A DNA stretch of 15,244 bases from the IMG/VR virus record IMGVR_UViG_2695420523_000022. One strand, 5' to 3'. Position 1 is the first letter of the stretch. Each line of letters begins with the position of its first letter. The notes beneath the pieces were generated by a model. That model did not search any database and was not told the DNA's origin. It saw only the letters and a list, made by a program, of their open reading frames with translations. This DNA is from a virus (lineage: Duplodnaviria > Heunggongvirae > Uroviricota > Caudoviricetes). Positions 1 to 7,829 of the stretch are shown here, piece by piece. The position numbers were made by a program, and so were the translations under genes.

Positions 1-165
1 ATGGCAAAGCCGATCATCACGCTCAATGGCCTAAAAATCGTCATTATGTTGGGAATGCTGGTCATTATTCTCTGCGGTATCCGTTTTGCCGCCGAGATCA
101 TCGTGCCGTTTATTCTCGCATTATTTATTGCTGTTATATATAACTTATTTCACATAATACGTTGA
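1..165 (+). pseudogene. tqsA: 5' fragment of a tqsA-like (AI-2 exporter, PerM/YdgG family) membrane protein gene, truncated by insertion of the element
   Basis: ATG at 1; translation [45 protein letters not shown] is a hydrophobic transmembrane N-terminus I recognise from memory as the TqsA/YdgG start. The frame then runs into AT-rich sequence and stops at 163-165 after 54 codons. Confidence 0.55.
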
Positions 166-211
166 TTTAATTAAATAATTTTCACCGCAAAAAGTGCCAA
201 AAATCGCAAAA

Positions 212-233
212 TGACTACACCAGTGACTACACC
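212..233. repeat. Direct repeat TGACTACACC x2 (212-221 and 224-233) close to the insertion junction; candidate integrase arm-type sites
   Basis: Two exact 10-bp copies with 12-bp start-to-start spacing, about 70 bp from the junction. Confidence 0.3.
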
Positions 234-250
234 GTTCGGTGCACTGTATG

Positions 251-280
251 AAACAACGTGGAACAAATAGACACAAGAAA
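251..280 (+). promoter_or_regulatory. Array of 10-bp-phased GAACAA-like pentamers (aAACAAcgtg gAACAAatag acACAAgaaa); candidate binding array
   Basis: The same 15-mer AACAACGTGGAACAA occurs at 7754-7768; unit and cgtg spacer also match the array at 13931-13980 on the other strand. Confidence 0.45.
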
Positions 281-495
281 TATACAGGCGGATCATCTTT
301 CCAGGGGGAAGCGCACCAATTCATGAGGGGCGTTAATGTCGATATGGGGATCCCCACCTACCGGAATTTTTTTCCGGTTAAACGTTAATCAGGCTGGTGG
401 GCTTTACCTGTTCGGTAGGTGTTATGATTATCGTAATACCTTTCCCCCAATGGGGTAAAAGCATCAACCGTAACGAAAGTCGTTATGGTTGCCAC

Positions 496-570
496 TGATA
501 CCCCAAATTTGGGTATCACGAGTAAGACCCAAAATCTGGGTGTTACTCTTACTACCCAAACTACGGGTAG
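496..570. repeat. Three palindromic sites of the form ACCC-N7-GGGT centred at 507, 534 and 561, exactly 27 bp apart
   Basis: TGATACCCCAAATTTGGGTATCA (496-518), ACCCAAAATCTGGGT (527-541), TACCCAAACTACGGGTA (553-569); the second is nested in a 7-bp outer stem AGTAAGA/TCTTACT. Confidence 0.5.
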
Positions 571-589
571 TTTCCGTAGTTTCATGGTC

Positions 590-609
590 GAGTTGCAGAT
601 CTGCAACTC
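590..609. repeat. 20-bp perfect palindrome GAGTTGCAGATCTGCAACTC
   Basis: Exact reverse-complement symmetry; no adjacent T-run on either strand, so not a canonical terminator. Confidence 0.5.
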
Positions 610-901
610 CCCCATTAACCACAGGCGAATTTCCGCCTTCGGTCATTCCTTAATCATCTGCGTAATCATAATGATTATTCAGCAAGCGCAATTTTGCGCT
701 TTGCTTAAAGTTCAGCGAGTTACCGCGCCGACTTCCTCAAATTGAGGTTTCCGAAATATCAGCGGGTTAGCGATTAAGCTGTTCATTAATTAAACTGCGA
801 AAATTTCGTAGTTTGTGACTGTCTTTCAGGCAGCTTGTTAACAGTCCTCAGAAGCGAGGGATGTAGCCACCCATTTTTGGTCCGTCGGGAATATCAACCA
901 G

Positions 902-1183
902 TTACCGCCGCAACCGCTCCGGCTTCTTCCAGTGGTACGTTATTTTCTCCTTCTCCCGATACATCTCCACGCGGCGACGGTAGGCCAGCAACTCAAGAAC
1001 TCTGGTTCGTATGTTGCGCATATCCACGCCATTAAGTTCTATACCATCACGGCGCATCACCTCAGCAACAACACGCGCATAGTTTTCGGCTGTCACGCTG
1101 TCCGGCTGCGTGGCCTGTTCGTCAGCCTGCTGGCTGATTCCGGCAACGCGGCGGATTAATCCCGTTATTTCGGCTTCTGTCAT
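902..1183 (-). CDS. Hypothetical protein (93 aa) co-transcribed downstream of terL
   Basis: ATG at 1183 preceded by GAGGT with 7-nt spacing, 13 nt after the terL stop; charged, non-repetitive translation; no family recognised. Confidence 0.45.
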   Translation of the reverse strand: MTEAEITGLIRRVAGISQQADEQATQPDSVTAENYARVVAEVMRRDGIELNGVDMRNIRTRVLELLAYRRRVEMYREKEKITYHWKKPERLRR

Positions 1184-1196
1184 GCTGCTGACCTCA

Positions 1197-2858
1197 TTAC
1201 ACCCCGCTAAATTCTTCCAGTTTCTGGCGGTGGCTGTCGCTTATATCAAAAGCAAAATCCTCATGCTCTGCCTGGAATGTACCAAACGCCATCAGCGCCG
1301 CCACGCTCGGGTCTATCTTGTTCGGTGATTTTTTCTTGTTCGGCTTGATATTGGCGTTCGCGTCACTCTGCATCACGACGTTACTCATCGACCAGGACAA
1401 CACCGGATCGCCACGATGCACAATCACCCTGCGGTTAACAAAAACTTCGAACGATTTCGCCGCCGGACTGAATCTGAGGTAGGTTTGCGGGAACGGCTCC
1501 ACCTCAAAACCTGCCCCCTGTAATTGCGTTCTGAGATGCGTGGCGTTCCACGTATCAAAGCCCACCAGCCTGATATTAAATTTCTCCGCGTCCTGCATGA
1601 TGTCATCTCTGATCCGGTCGTAATCAATGCAGTCGCCAGGCGTTGTGCGTATCCAGCCTGCTTTAGCCCACTGACGATAGATGGCGCGGTTTTTATTGGC
1701 GGGGTTCTGTAGCTGGAACTCCGGCAGATAATGACGGGAAACCAGCATAATGGTTTTACCGACCGGAAAGGCATAGCACACGCTGGAAATATCGCTTGTG
1801 GATGATAAATCCAGCCCCGCGTAACACTCCTGGCCGTGTAAATCTTCCTCCGTGAACGTTCCGGCACACTCAGCCCATGCGCCGTTACCCATCCACGGGG
1901 TAGTCCCCTGACACCAGATATTAAATCGCTTTGTCATCATCTCCACCCACTGCGACGGAATACCCCGCGCTTTCTGGATGGTTGAGGCCAGTTTTTCACG
2001 ATCCACGGAAACATCAATATTAGGGTTCGCCTTTATCCACATCGCCGGATCATCAACCTCGTTTTCGTCGTCCAGTTCGTAAATCAGTACAAAAATTGAA
2101 TCGTTGACCTCTTCGCCGTCCAGGATCTGGCAGCAATAATCATAGTGCTGCTTACAGGCTGAAACGACGTTACTGCCTGATGTGGTAATAGCAAATAACA
2201 GCCCTTCGGGACGTGCGCCCATCCCCAGCTCAAGCGCGGAATAAACGCCGTTATCGGGGTGCAAGTGGTATTCGTCCACGATGGCAAGACTCGGGTTTGT
2301 ACCTTCAATGGTTGCCGCTTTTGCTGCCAGCGGCTTTAACAGGCTGTTGCTTTTCGGGTGTATCACCTTATGCGCCTGAATATTCACCCGCCTGCGTAAC
2401 GGTCGGGATAAAAGGCACATCTGACGCGCATCATCAAAGACGATCCGCGCCTGGTCACGGCTCACCGCTGCGGTGTAAATATCCTGCTGACCGTTCTCCA
2501 TAATCAGAAACCAGTCAGCCAGAATCGCGGCGGTCGTGGATTTCGCATTTTTGCGCGGCACTTCGATAAAGGCGCTCGTGTATTTGCGCCGTCCGGTGGC
2601 CTTAACCTTAAAGCCGAGGATGCACGCAAAGGCGAACTGCTGCCACGGCTCCAGCTCAATGGGTCTGCCACGCATCGGCCCTTTTACGTGCGGGCACACC
2701 CTTGAAAAGGCAATAAACCGCTCCACAACCTCACGATCGAACGTGTAAAGGGGGCTTTTAAGGTCCGAAAAGTACCGTTTAACAGCCTGTTTTAACCGTT
2801 TACAGGCCGGAATTTTGCCCGTTTTTACGTCTTCTGCGTACTTATTCCAGGCGGTCAA
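1197..2858 (-). CDS. terL: Terminase large subunit (553 aa)
   Basis: Size and translation typical of a phage terminase ATPase/nuclease large subunit; TTG start at 2858 with strong SD (AAGAGGA, 5-nt spacer) and no in-frame ATG nearby; overlaps terS by 17 nt. Confidence 0.85.
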   Translation of the reverse strand: MTAWNKYAEDVKTGKIPACKRLKQAVKRYFSDLKSPLYTFDREVVERFIAFSRVCPHVKGPMRGRPIELEPWQQFAFACILGFKVKATGRRKYTSAFIEVPRKNAKSTTAAILADWFLIMENGQQDIYTAAVSRDQARIVFDDARQMCLLSRPLRRRVNIQAHKVIHPKSNSLLKPLAAKAATIEGTNPSLAIVDEYHLHPDNGVYSALELGMGARPEGLLFAITTSGSNVVSACKQHYDYCCQILDGEEVNDSIFVLIYELDDENEVDDPAMWIKANPNIDVSVDREKLASTIQKARGIPSQWVEMMTKRFNIWCQGTTPWMGNGAWAECAGTFTEEDLHGQECYAGLDLSSTSDISSVCYAFPVGKTIMLVSRHYLPEFQLQNPANKNRAIYRQWAKAGWIRTTPGDCIDYDRIRDDIMQDAEKFNIRLVGFDTWNATHLRTQLQGAGFEVEPFPQTYLRFSPAAKSFEVFVNRRVIVHRGDPVLSWSMSNVVMQSDANANIKPNKKKSPNKIDPSVAALMAFGTFQAEHEDFAFDISDSHRQKLEEFSGV

Positions 2859-3198
2859 GCTCGTCCTCTTCTTCTGTTTCCGGTGGATTTTTACGGCGGC
2901 TTACCGGGTCAAAACCGAGCAAGGAGGCCATTTTTATCATCACTCTTTCAGCGTCGGATTTTGCGCTTAATGCGGGGTTTCTGCTCTCGCCGCCCTGACT
3001 GTTAACAATGCTGAACCCGCGTGCCGCAAGGTCTGCGACGGCTTTCCGGTATATCGAGTAATTGACGCAATACAGTTCCAGATTACTCCAGTCGGCGGGG
3101 GTAAGGTCTCCCCGTTCCGCAAGCTGCCGCGATTTTTCCCGCCACTGCTTCACGGCGATATCATCCAGGTAGGCGGGGGCTTTCGGTGGTCTTGCCAT
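2842..3198 (-). CDS. terS: Terminase small subunit, P27 family (118 aa)
   Basis: N-terminus MARPPKAPAYLDD and overall composition match the P27-family small terminase as I recall it; immediately upstream of terL. Confidence 0.75.
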   Translation of the reverse strand: MARPPKAPAYLDDIAVKQWREKSRQLAERGDLTPADWSNLELYCVNYSIYRKAVADLAARGFSIVNSQGGESRNPALSAKSDAERVMIKMASLLGFDPVSRRKNPPETEEEDELDRLE

Positions 3199-3321
3199 GC
3201 TTATTTTTTCGCCAGATTATTTTTCAAAAAATTCCCGTGCATAAAAATTTGAGGAGGCGTTCGGTGCCCGGCGGGGTCGGGTTTGTCCTGAAAACGCCCC
3301 CCACCCCGTCATACAGCCTCA

Positions 3322-3504
3322 TCAGCGATTGCGGAAACATTCCATAACCTCGCGGTCACGGTCGGTTAATCGCTTCGCTGTGATGCGTTCTGCGCGTCCT
3401 GACGCTTTATCTTTATGCCCTGTTTCCTGTGTCTTCCATGCGTCACGCTGCCTTATAAGTCCACGGATAAGGCGTTTTTGTTCCCGCTCATTCATCAGCG
3501 TCAT
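3322..3504 (-). CDS. Possible small basic protein (60 aa) between HNH and terS; uncertain
   Basis: ATG at 3504 gives MTLMNEREQKRLIRGLIRQRDAWK, overlapping the HNH stop by 17 nt; weak SD; could be a spurious frame. Confidence 0.25.
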   Translation of the reverse strand: MTLMNEREQKRLIRGLIRQRDAWKTQETGHKDKASGRAERITAKRLTDRDREVMECFRNR

Positions 3505-3928
3505 ACATCCAGTTATTGCGGTTAGCGGCCCGTTCTTCCTCTTCACGAAATCCACCTGCGGCACGCTTGCTTTTTGTTGCTGGATCAAGCCACTTCGTTT
3601 TCTGGTTATGACACGCCTGGCACAATGGCTGATGGTTCCATTCGGGCCAGAAGAGAACATCATCACCGCCATTAATCGGGATAATGTGATCCACCACCAC
3701 GGCGGGCGTATATATCCCCTTCTCAAGGCATCGCACGCATAACGGGTTTTTACTCAGATACATGGCGCGGTATTTTTCCCACTGTCTGGAGTACCCACGC
3801 GCGCGGCGGTGTCCTCGTCTGGCATCCTCTGCACGCCATGCCGCCCGCCTGTGCTCCTCACACTTGCCGGACTTAACGCGCCTGTTACAGCCTGGTTCTG
3901 TACATCGTCTTAATGGTTGCCACGGCAT
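3488..3928 (-). CDS. HNH endonuclease (146 aa), packaging-associated
   Basis: Cys pairs (CTEPGC, CEEH, CVRC, CQACH) plus DHIIP and NHQPLC motifs typical of HNH; placed directly before terS/terL as in HK97-like phages; ATG overlaps the connector stop. Confidence 0.8.
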   Translation of the reverse strand: MPWQPLRRCTEPGCNRRVKSGKCEEHRRAAWRAEDARRGHRRARGYSRQWEKYRAMYLSKNPLCVRCLEKGIYTPAVVVDHIIPINGGDDVLFWPEWNHQPLCQACHNQKTKWLDPATKSKRAAGGFREEEERAANRNNWMYDADE

Positions 3929-4224
3929 CAGTACACCCCCACATCACGGTAAGCCGTCCAGAGCGCGCCAATCGTCATGGGTACGCGCGTTTTTGCGTTA
4001 TCCGCTACCAGCTGGCGATTCTCGTACAGGTGAGCGATAAACATCATGCAGCCAATCTTTATGGCTGGCGTGAACTCCAGCCCGTCATCAAAGCGCCTGC
4101 CTATATGTATCTGGCACGCCTCAAGCGATGCGGCAATGTATCCGCTGATTAACTGGTCTTCCTCGTCGCCATCGATGCGGCAATGGAGTTTCACTTCTTC
4201 CAGGGTGATAAGTTCTTCTGTCAT
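3928..4224 (-). CDS. Head-tail connector protein, gp6-like (98 aa)
   Basis: MTEELITLEEVKLHCRIDGDEEDQLISGYIAAS matches the gp6-like connector N-terminal pattern; position between head closure and HNH. Confidence 0.65.
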   Translation of the reverse strand: MTEELITLEEVKLHCRIDGDEEDQLISGYIAASLEACQIHIGRRFDDGLEFTPAIKIGCMMFIAHLYENRQLVADNAKTRVPMTIGALWTAYRDVGVY

Positions 4225-4559
4225 TTTTCCGCGCCCTCACGACAAAGAATTTCAAGGCGTGTCCTGGCGGCATCCGGCAGCGGTTGCCCGATGATATTCA
4301 GTACACGCCCCGCCAGCGGCCCCGTATTGACCTTTATCCGGCTGGTGGCGTTGATGTCCTTCCGGTACCGTATCCAGATCCTTACGGTACCAATCGCCAG
4401 CTCTGCACCCGATGAAATGGCCTCCTTGCTGCTGATCATGTTCACGCTTGCCCAGAGTGTGTGACCGTCCTCCCACGTTTCGAGTATTTCGCCGGTTATA
4501 TCCCTGGTCTGTTTCAGGGTCTGAATCGTTACCCTGTCACGCAGTCGCCCTATGTTCAT
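4221..4559 (-). CDS. Head closure / head-tail adaptor protein (112 aa from ATG at 4559)
   Basis: RDRVTIQ...WASV...IRYRKDI...RI pattern typical of the head-tail joining family; ATG at 4559 overlaps the portal stop; the track ORF extends to 4601 but has no better start. Confidence 0.65.
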   Translation of the reverse strand: MNIGRLRDRVTIQTLKQTRDITGEILETWEDGHTLWASVNMISSKEAISSGAELAIGTVRIWIRYRKDINATSRIKVNTGPLAGRVLNIIGQPLPDAARTRLEILCREGAEK

Positions 4560-5767
4560 TCCGGTTTTTCTCCCTCGCTGATTTTTACTTCCTGTTTCCA
4601 TGCCTGGCTGAACTCATCACCACCATCACGCGGGGACAGCCCTTCACGTTCGCGGGCTTCGTTCGGGCACATAACGCCGGATTTGATGCCGCGTTCATAG
4701 GTGGCAAAGCGTTCGCCAGGTGTGGCCCGTAACAGGTCCGCGCTGTCAAACTCCACCTGATACCGGATACCAGGTACAGGCGAGGCCACCAGCAGGGCGT
4801 TTTTTATCTGCTGCTCAAAGTTCGCCAGCCACGGGCGCATTGTCATGGTGAGAAATGCGCGGCTTGCCTCGCTGAAATTGCTGTAGGTGCTGTTGCTGTA
4901 TTCCTGCAGAAAAATCGGCGAGACGTTGAACATTCGGGCGATGTCTTCAATGGTGAAGCGACGGGAGGCCAGCCATTCAGCATCCTGATTACTCATGCCC
5001 AGCTGCTGATAGCTCATACCCCCTTCAAGAATGGGCGTTTTTCCGGCGTTTCTGGCTCCTTTGTAGCGTTCCAGTGCGGCTAATGCCTGTTTGCCCTTCA
5101 CGCCGTCCAGCCATTCGCCTGACGTGATAACCCCTGCCGCCATCATGCCATCACGCATCACGCTCGCGCCGTGGCGTTGTTGGGCCAGCCCAAGCCCCAG
5201 CGATTCGCGGCAGATGGTTACAGGTGAGCGCCCCATAAAACCGTCATCCGTGGAGTAACGAAGGTGGAGAACCTCCCACGGTAAATAGTTGCGGGTGTTT
5301 CCGGTGTAGGCGTCAGTGATGCAGTAGCGCCAGTTATGCTCACCTGTCTGCTCAACGTTCACCGACTGCGGCGGGTAAGGATGTAAAGCCACCGGAAAAC
5401 CATCACGCCCCCACTGAATCACCGCATAAGCATTACCGTTTAACAGGCAGTGGCGGATCATCATTCGCTTAAACTGGTAGGGAGTCTGCCACGCGTTCGG
5501 GCGCTCGTTGAGGATGTGATCGACCGGATGAGAATCAAGCCACTCGCGGGCCTCCTTCCCCTTCTCATTGCGTACCAGGTACAGGTAACACGGCATGGTA
5601 GCCACCGCCTCAGAGATGACCGTCACGGCGTTCATGACGGCGGGCAGTGATTCCGCTGTCCCCGATGATACGTACTCACCCGCCCCCGTGTTCGATGTGC
5701 CAGCCAGCGCCATAAATTCATCAAGCGTCATGCTGCGCTGCTCTTTTTTTCTTCTGAAAAGCCACAT
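4556..5767 (-). CDS. Portal protein, HK97 family (403 aa)
   Basis: Size, composition and position between prohead protease and head closure; ATG at 5767 is 1 nt after the protease stop. Confidence 0.8.
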   Translation of the reverse strand: MWLFRRKKEQRSMTLDEFMALAGTSNTGAGEYVSSGTAESLPAVMNAVTVISEAVATMPCYLYLVRNEKGKEAREWLDSHPVDHILNERPNAWQTPYQFKRMMIRHCLLNGNAYAVIQWGRDGFPVALHPYPPQSVNVEQTGEHNWRYCITDAYTGNTRNYLPWEVLHLRYSTDDGFMGRSPVTICRESLGLGLAQQRHGASVMRDGMMAAGVITSGEWLDGVKGKQALAALERYKGARNAGKTPILEGGMSYQQLGMSNQDAEWLASRRFTIEDIARMFNVSPIFLQEYSNSTYSNFSEASRAFLTMTMRPWLANFEQQIKNALLVASPVPGIRYQVEFDSADLLRATPGERFATYERGIKSGVMCPNEAREREGLSPRDGGDEFSQAWKQEVKISEGEKPE

Positions 5768-5768
5768 A

Positions 5769-6341
5769 TCACACCCCCGCTAAATCCACCCACCAGCGGC
5801 GATTATCCGCACGCGGCATTTTTTCTGGGTGCTGCTCATACAGGGAACGGCGGGCCAGCTCCACGCCGGAATCGGGGTAAGCCGGTACCGATGTAACGGT
5901 AATTTCGTACAGTTCCGCCACCAGCACGGTGCGCACGCATGGATCTGTTGTGGTATCCCATACATCCTTACGGGAGCGAAAGCCAAAGCTCATCCCCGAG
6001 ATGTCCCCACGCTTAACCAGTTCGATAACGTCGCGCCCTGTACTGGTATCCGGTGGGGTCAGTTCAAAGCGTAACCCTGTTTCGTCCTCTTCCAGTTTCA
6101 GCGTGCCGGAACGGGTACGCCCCAGCAACATGCTGTGGTCATGCTCATACAGGCCGCGAACGTCATTACCCACCGCAAGCCATTCAGTAAACGCTCCCCG
6201 CTGGAATTTTTCGTAAAACTCCCCCCATAGCAGCTCTGAAAGCTTATCCCAGCGAACAACGTAGCCTGTAAGCGTGTTGCTGGCGCTGGTGGTGATTTCC
6301 GATGACCGGATTTCCATACTCTTCATAATTTTTTCACCCAT
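5769..6341 (-). CDS. Prohead maturation protease, HK97 family (about 185-190 aa)
   Basis: Translation typical of the HK97 prohead protease; lies between capsid and portal; start ambiguous among ATGs at 6341, 6326 and 6317. Confidence 0.75.
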   Translation of the reverse strand: MGEKIMKSMEIRSSEITTSASNTLTGYVVRWDKLSELLWGEFYEKFQRGAFTEWLAVGNDVRGLYEHDHSMLLGRTRSGTLKLEEDETGLRFELTPPDTSTGRDVIELVKRGDISGMSFGFRSRKDVWDTTTDPCVRTVLVAELYEITVTSVPAYPDSGVELARRSLYEQHPEKMPRADNRRWWVDLAGV

Positions 6342-6370
6342 AAAACACTAAAGGGGCTTTTAAGCCCCTT
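6342..6370 (-). terminator. GC-rich hairpin plus U-rich tract between the capsid and protease genes; probable partial terminator or attenuator
   Basis: Minus strand reads AAGGGGCTT-AA-AAGCCCCTT followed by TAGTGTTTTATG, 10 nt after the capsid stop. Confidence 0.5.
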
Positions 6371-6380
6371 CTGTATGCTG

Positions 6381-7538
6381 TTAATCGTCGTCCTGTGGCA
6401 GTTCCAGAATCTTGATCGCGTTCGAATCCACCACGCCACCGCCTAAATATTTCTGCGTGAAAATTTTGATGAAGCCCGGCTCTGTGAGGTTGTCCGGTCT
6501 GGTGCGAACACCTGTTTCGTGATCAACAATGTAGTAACCGCGTTTGAAGTCACCCAGGGCAATAACGTTATCAGGCATAAACTCCAGATATTCGACCGGA
6601 AGGCCCAGCAACGTATCAGGATCACCCGCCTGTAAACGGTCGCGCCAGATGTAATCACCGTTCGCGTTCTTCACCTTCTGAAGTTTTGCCGCCGTCGTGG
6701 AGTTAACCACCCAGACCGCGTTTTTGCGGTATTTTTTACGTAATGCAAATTTCAGGTCGATCAGCGGGTCAGCAGATGTCCACGCCAGAGATTCGGAAGG
6801 TTTAATTACCTGTAACGTACCAAAATCACGCTCTTTGTCGTTCTTCTCTGCACGGGGTACGGATAAAAAGCCTTTTGCTTTTTTGTCACCGTCGCCCACA
6901 ACCAGATCGCTTTCTTCGGTTTCCGTGAAGGTGTCGCCAATCTCACCCGTCAGCCATGAAAGGATGTCCACATCGGAAAAATCCACGATTTCCTGTGTGG
7001 TGCGCGGGTACGCATAGACCGGATACAGCTTAATGCTCACCTCGTTAATCTGCGGGGTGCTGGTCTGTTCGCGTGTCTTACCCTCTTCACCGTGGTTAAC
7101 GGTCGCACCGCCAGCGGAAACAAGCTGCTTAAACTCGTTGCTGCTGATTTTCTTCACGGTACAGATGCGGCGCATGGTGGATTCATCCGTCAGCATTCGC
7201 ATGATTTCGGTGTTCAGTTCGGGGATAACGGTATAACCACCATCAGCGGGAACGCCTGTACTTAATGCGCGGGTTTCACCTGTCAGGATGTAGTTGCGGA
7301 GTTCTGCCGGGTCAGTGGTCTGGCTGCTTTTACCTGGCTTGCTGCGCTCTTCGTCTGCAATGGCTTCAAGGCGGGAAATGTCTTTATCGAGGGATTCAGC
7401 TTTAGCGCGTAATTCGTCAAATTTTGCGCCCTCAGCATCGTTAAGACTGCGGTTTTCTTTTTCCGCGTTCTCCAGCATGTCGCGCATCTGATTTTTAATG
7501 GCGGTTTTCTGCTGGCGTAATTCGATTATTCTCGGCAT
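6381..7538 (-). CDS. Major capsid protein, HK97 fold (385 aa) with N-terminal coiled-coil delta/scaffold domain
   Basis: N-terminal 100 aa are charged and helical (ELRQQKTAIKNQMRDMLENAEKENR...), as in HK97-type capsid delta domains; C-terminal part resembles HK97-family capsids; followed by protease and portal. Confidence 0.85.
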   Translation of the reverse strand: MPRIIELRQQKTAIKNQMRDMLENAEKENRSLNDAEGAKFDELRAKAESLDKDISRLEAIADEERSKPGKSSQTTDPAELRNYILTGETRALSTGVPADGGYTVIPELNTEIMRMLTDESTMRRICTVKKISSNEFKQLVSAGGATVNHGEEGKTREQTSTPQINEVSIKLYPVYAYPRTTQEIVDFSDVDILSWLTGEIGDTFTETEESDLVVGDGDKKAKGFLSVPRAEKNDKERDFGTLQVIKPSESLAWTSADPLIDLKFALRKKYRKNAVWVVNSTTAAKLQKVKNANGDYIWRDRLQAGDPDTLLGLPVEYLEFMPDNVIALGDFKRGYYIVDHETGVRTRPDNLTEPGFIKIFTQKYLGGGVVDSNAIKILELPQDDD

Positions 7539-7575
7539 AAAAAAAGTCCTGGGGTTAAGTAAGGAACTCCAGGAC
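7539..7575 (-). promoter_or_regulatory. Terminator-like hairpin with U7 tract directly abutting the capsid ATG; stem contains the only SD-like AGGA
   Basis: Minus strand: GTCCTGGAGTT-CCTTACTT-AACCCCAGGAC-TTTTTTT-ATG (stem 7 bp + mismatch + 3 bp). Confidence 0.5.
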
Positions 7576-7752
7576 GCGGCAAAAACTCAACCGTTTTTCA
7601 TAAGGAAATCAGCAATCGCACCGATCGTTTTCCCGCCTGGTAATGAATATTGGCGAGAACATTAACAGGCGGAAAAGTGGCCCCAGCGTCCTGGCACCAC
7701 GGGCGAGAATAATCATGATTCAGTTCGGGTAAAATATGCCGATCCTGTCAGT

Positions 7753-7782
7753 GAACAACGTGGAACAACCACGAACAAATAA
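7753..7782 (+). promoter_or_regulatory. Three GAACAA pentamers at exact 10-bp phasing (gAACAAcgtg gAACAAccac gAACAAataa), about 215 bp upstream of the capsid start
   Basis: Direct reading; shares the 15-mer AACAACGTGGAACAA with 252-266 and the unit with 13931-13980. Confidence 0.5.
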
Positions 7783-7790
7783 TTTACAAA

Positions 7791-7819
7791 AAATGACAAA
7801 AAGCCGGATTGCTCCGGCT
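7791..7819 (-). terminator. Rho-independent terminator after the 74-aa ORF
   Basis: Minus strand: GCCGGAGCAATCCGGC followed by TTTTTGTCATTTTTT, 11 nt after the stop at 7830. Confidence 0.75.
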
Positions 7820-7829
7820 GTATGCGTGC

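Noticed and set aside
385-420. 11-nt match (TTAATCAGGCT) to E. coli tmRNA (ssrA), hinting at an ssrA remnant
   Set aside because: The match is short and the flanks do not resemble ssrA; no tRNA-like 3' end. Treated as coincidence.
496-609. Possible CRISPR-like array from the regularly spaced palindromes
   Set aside because: Repeat units are only about 15 bp with 12-bp spacers and 27-bp period, far shorter than CRISPR repeats and spacers; only three units; no cas genes.
145-745. Small ORFs in the left-end block (145-357 minus, 385-615 minus, 464-646 minus, 485-745 plus)
   Set aside because: No SDs, implausible translations, and they run through the palindrome cluster; more likely non-coding.
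3256-3290. Resemblance of the GC-rich tract to lambda cosN (GGGCGGCGACCT...GGGTTTTC)
   Set aside because: Loose similarity in the wrong orientation relative to terS; kept only as a generic GC-rich candidate in the cos finding.
1424-3742. ORFs antisense to or overlapping terL, terS and HNH (1424-1867, 1524-1712, 2084-2308, 2213-2503, 2536-2748, 3329-3742)
   Set aside because: Embedded in confidently assigned structural genes on the opposite strand or in other frames; typical shadow ORFs.
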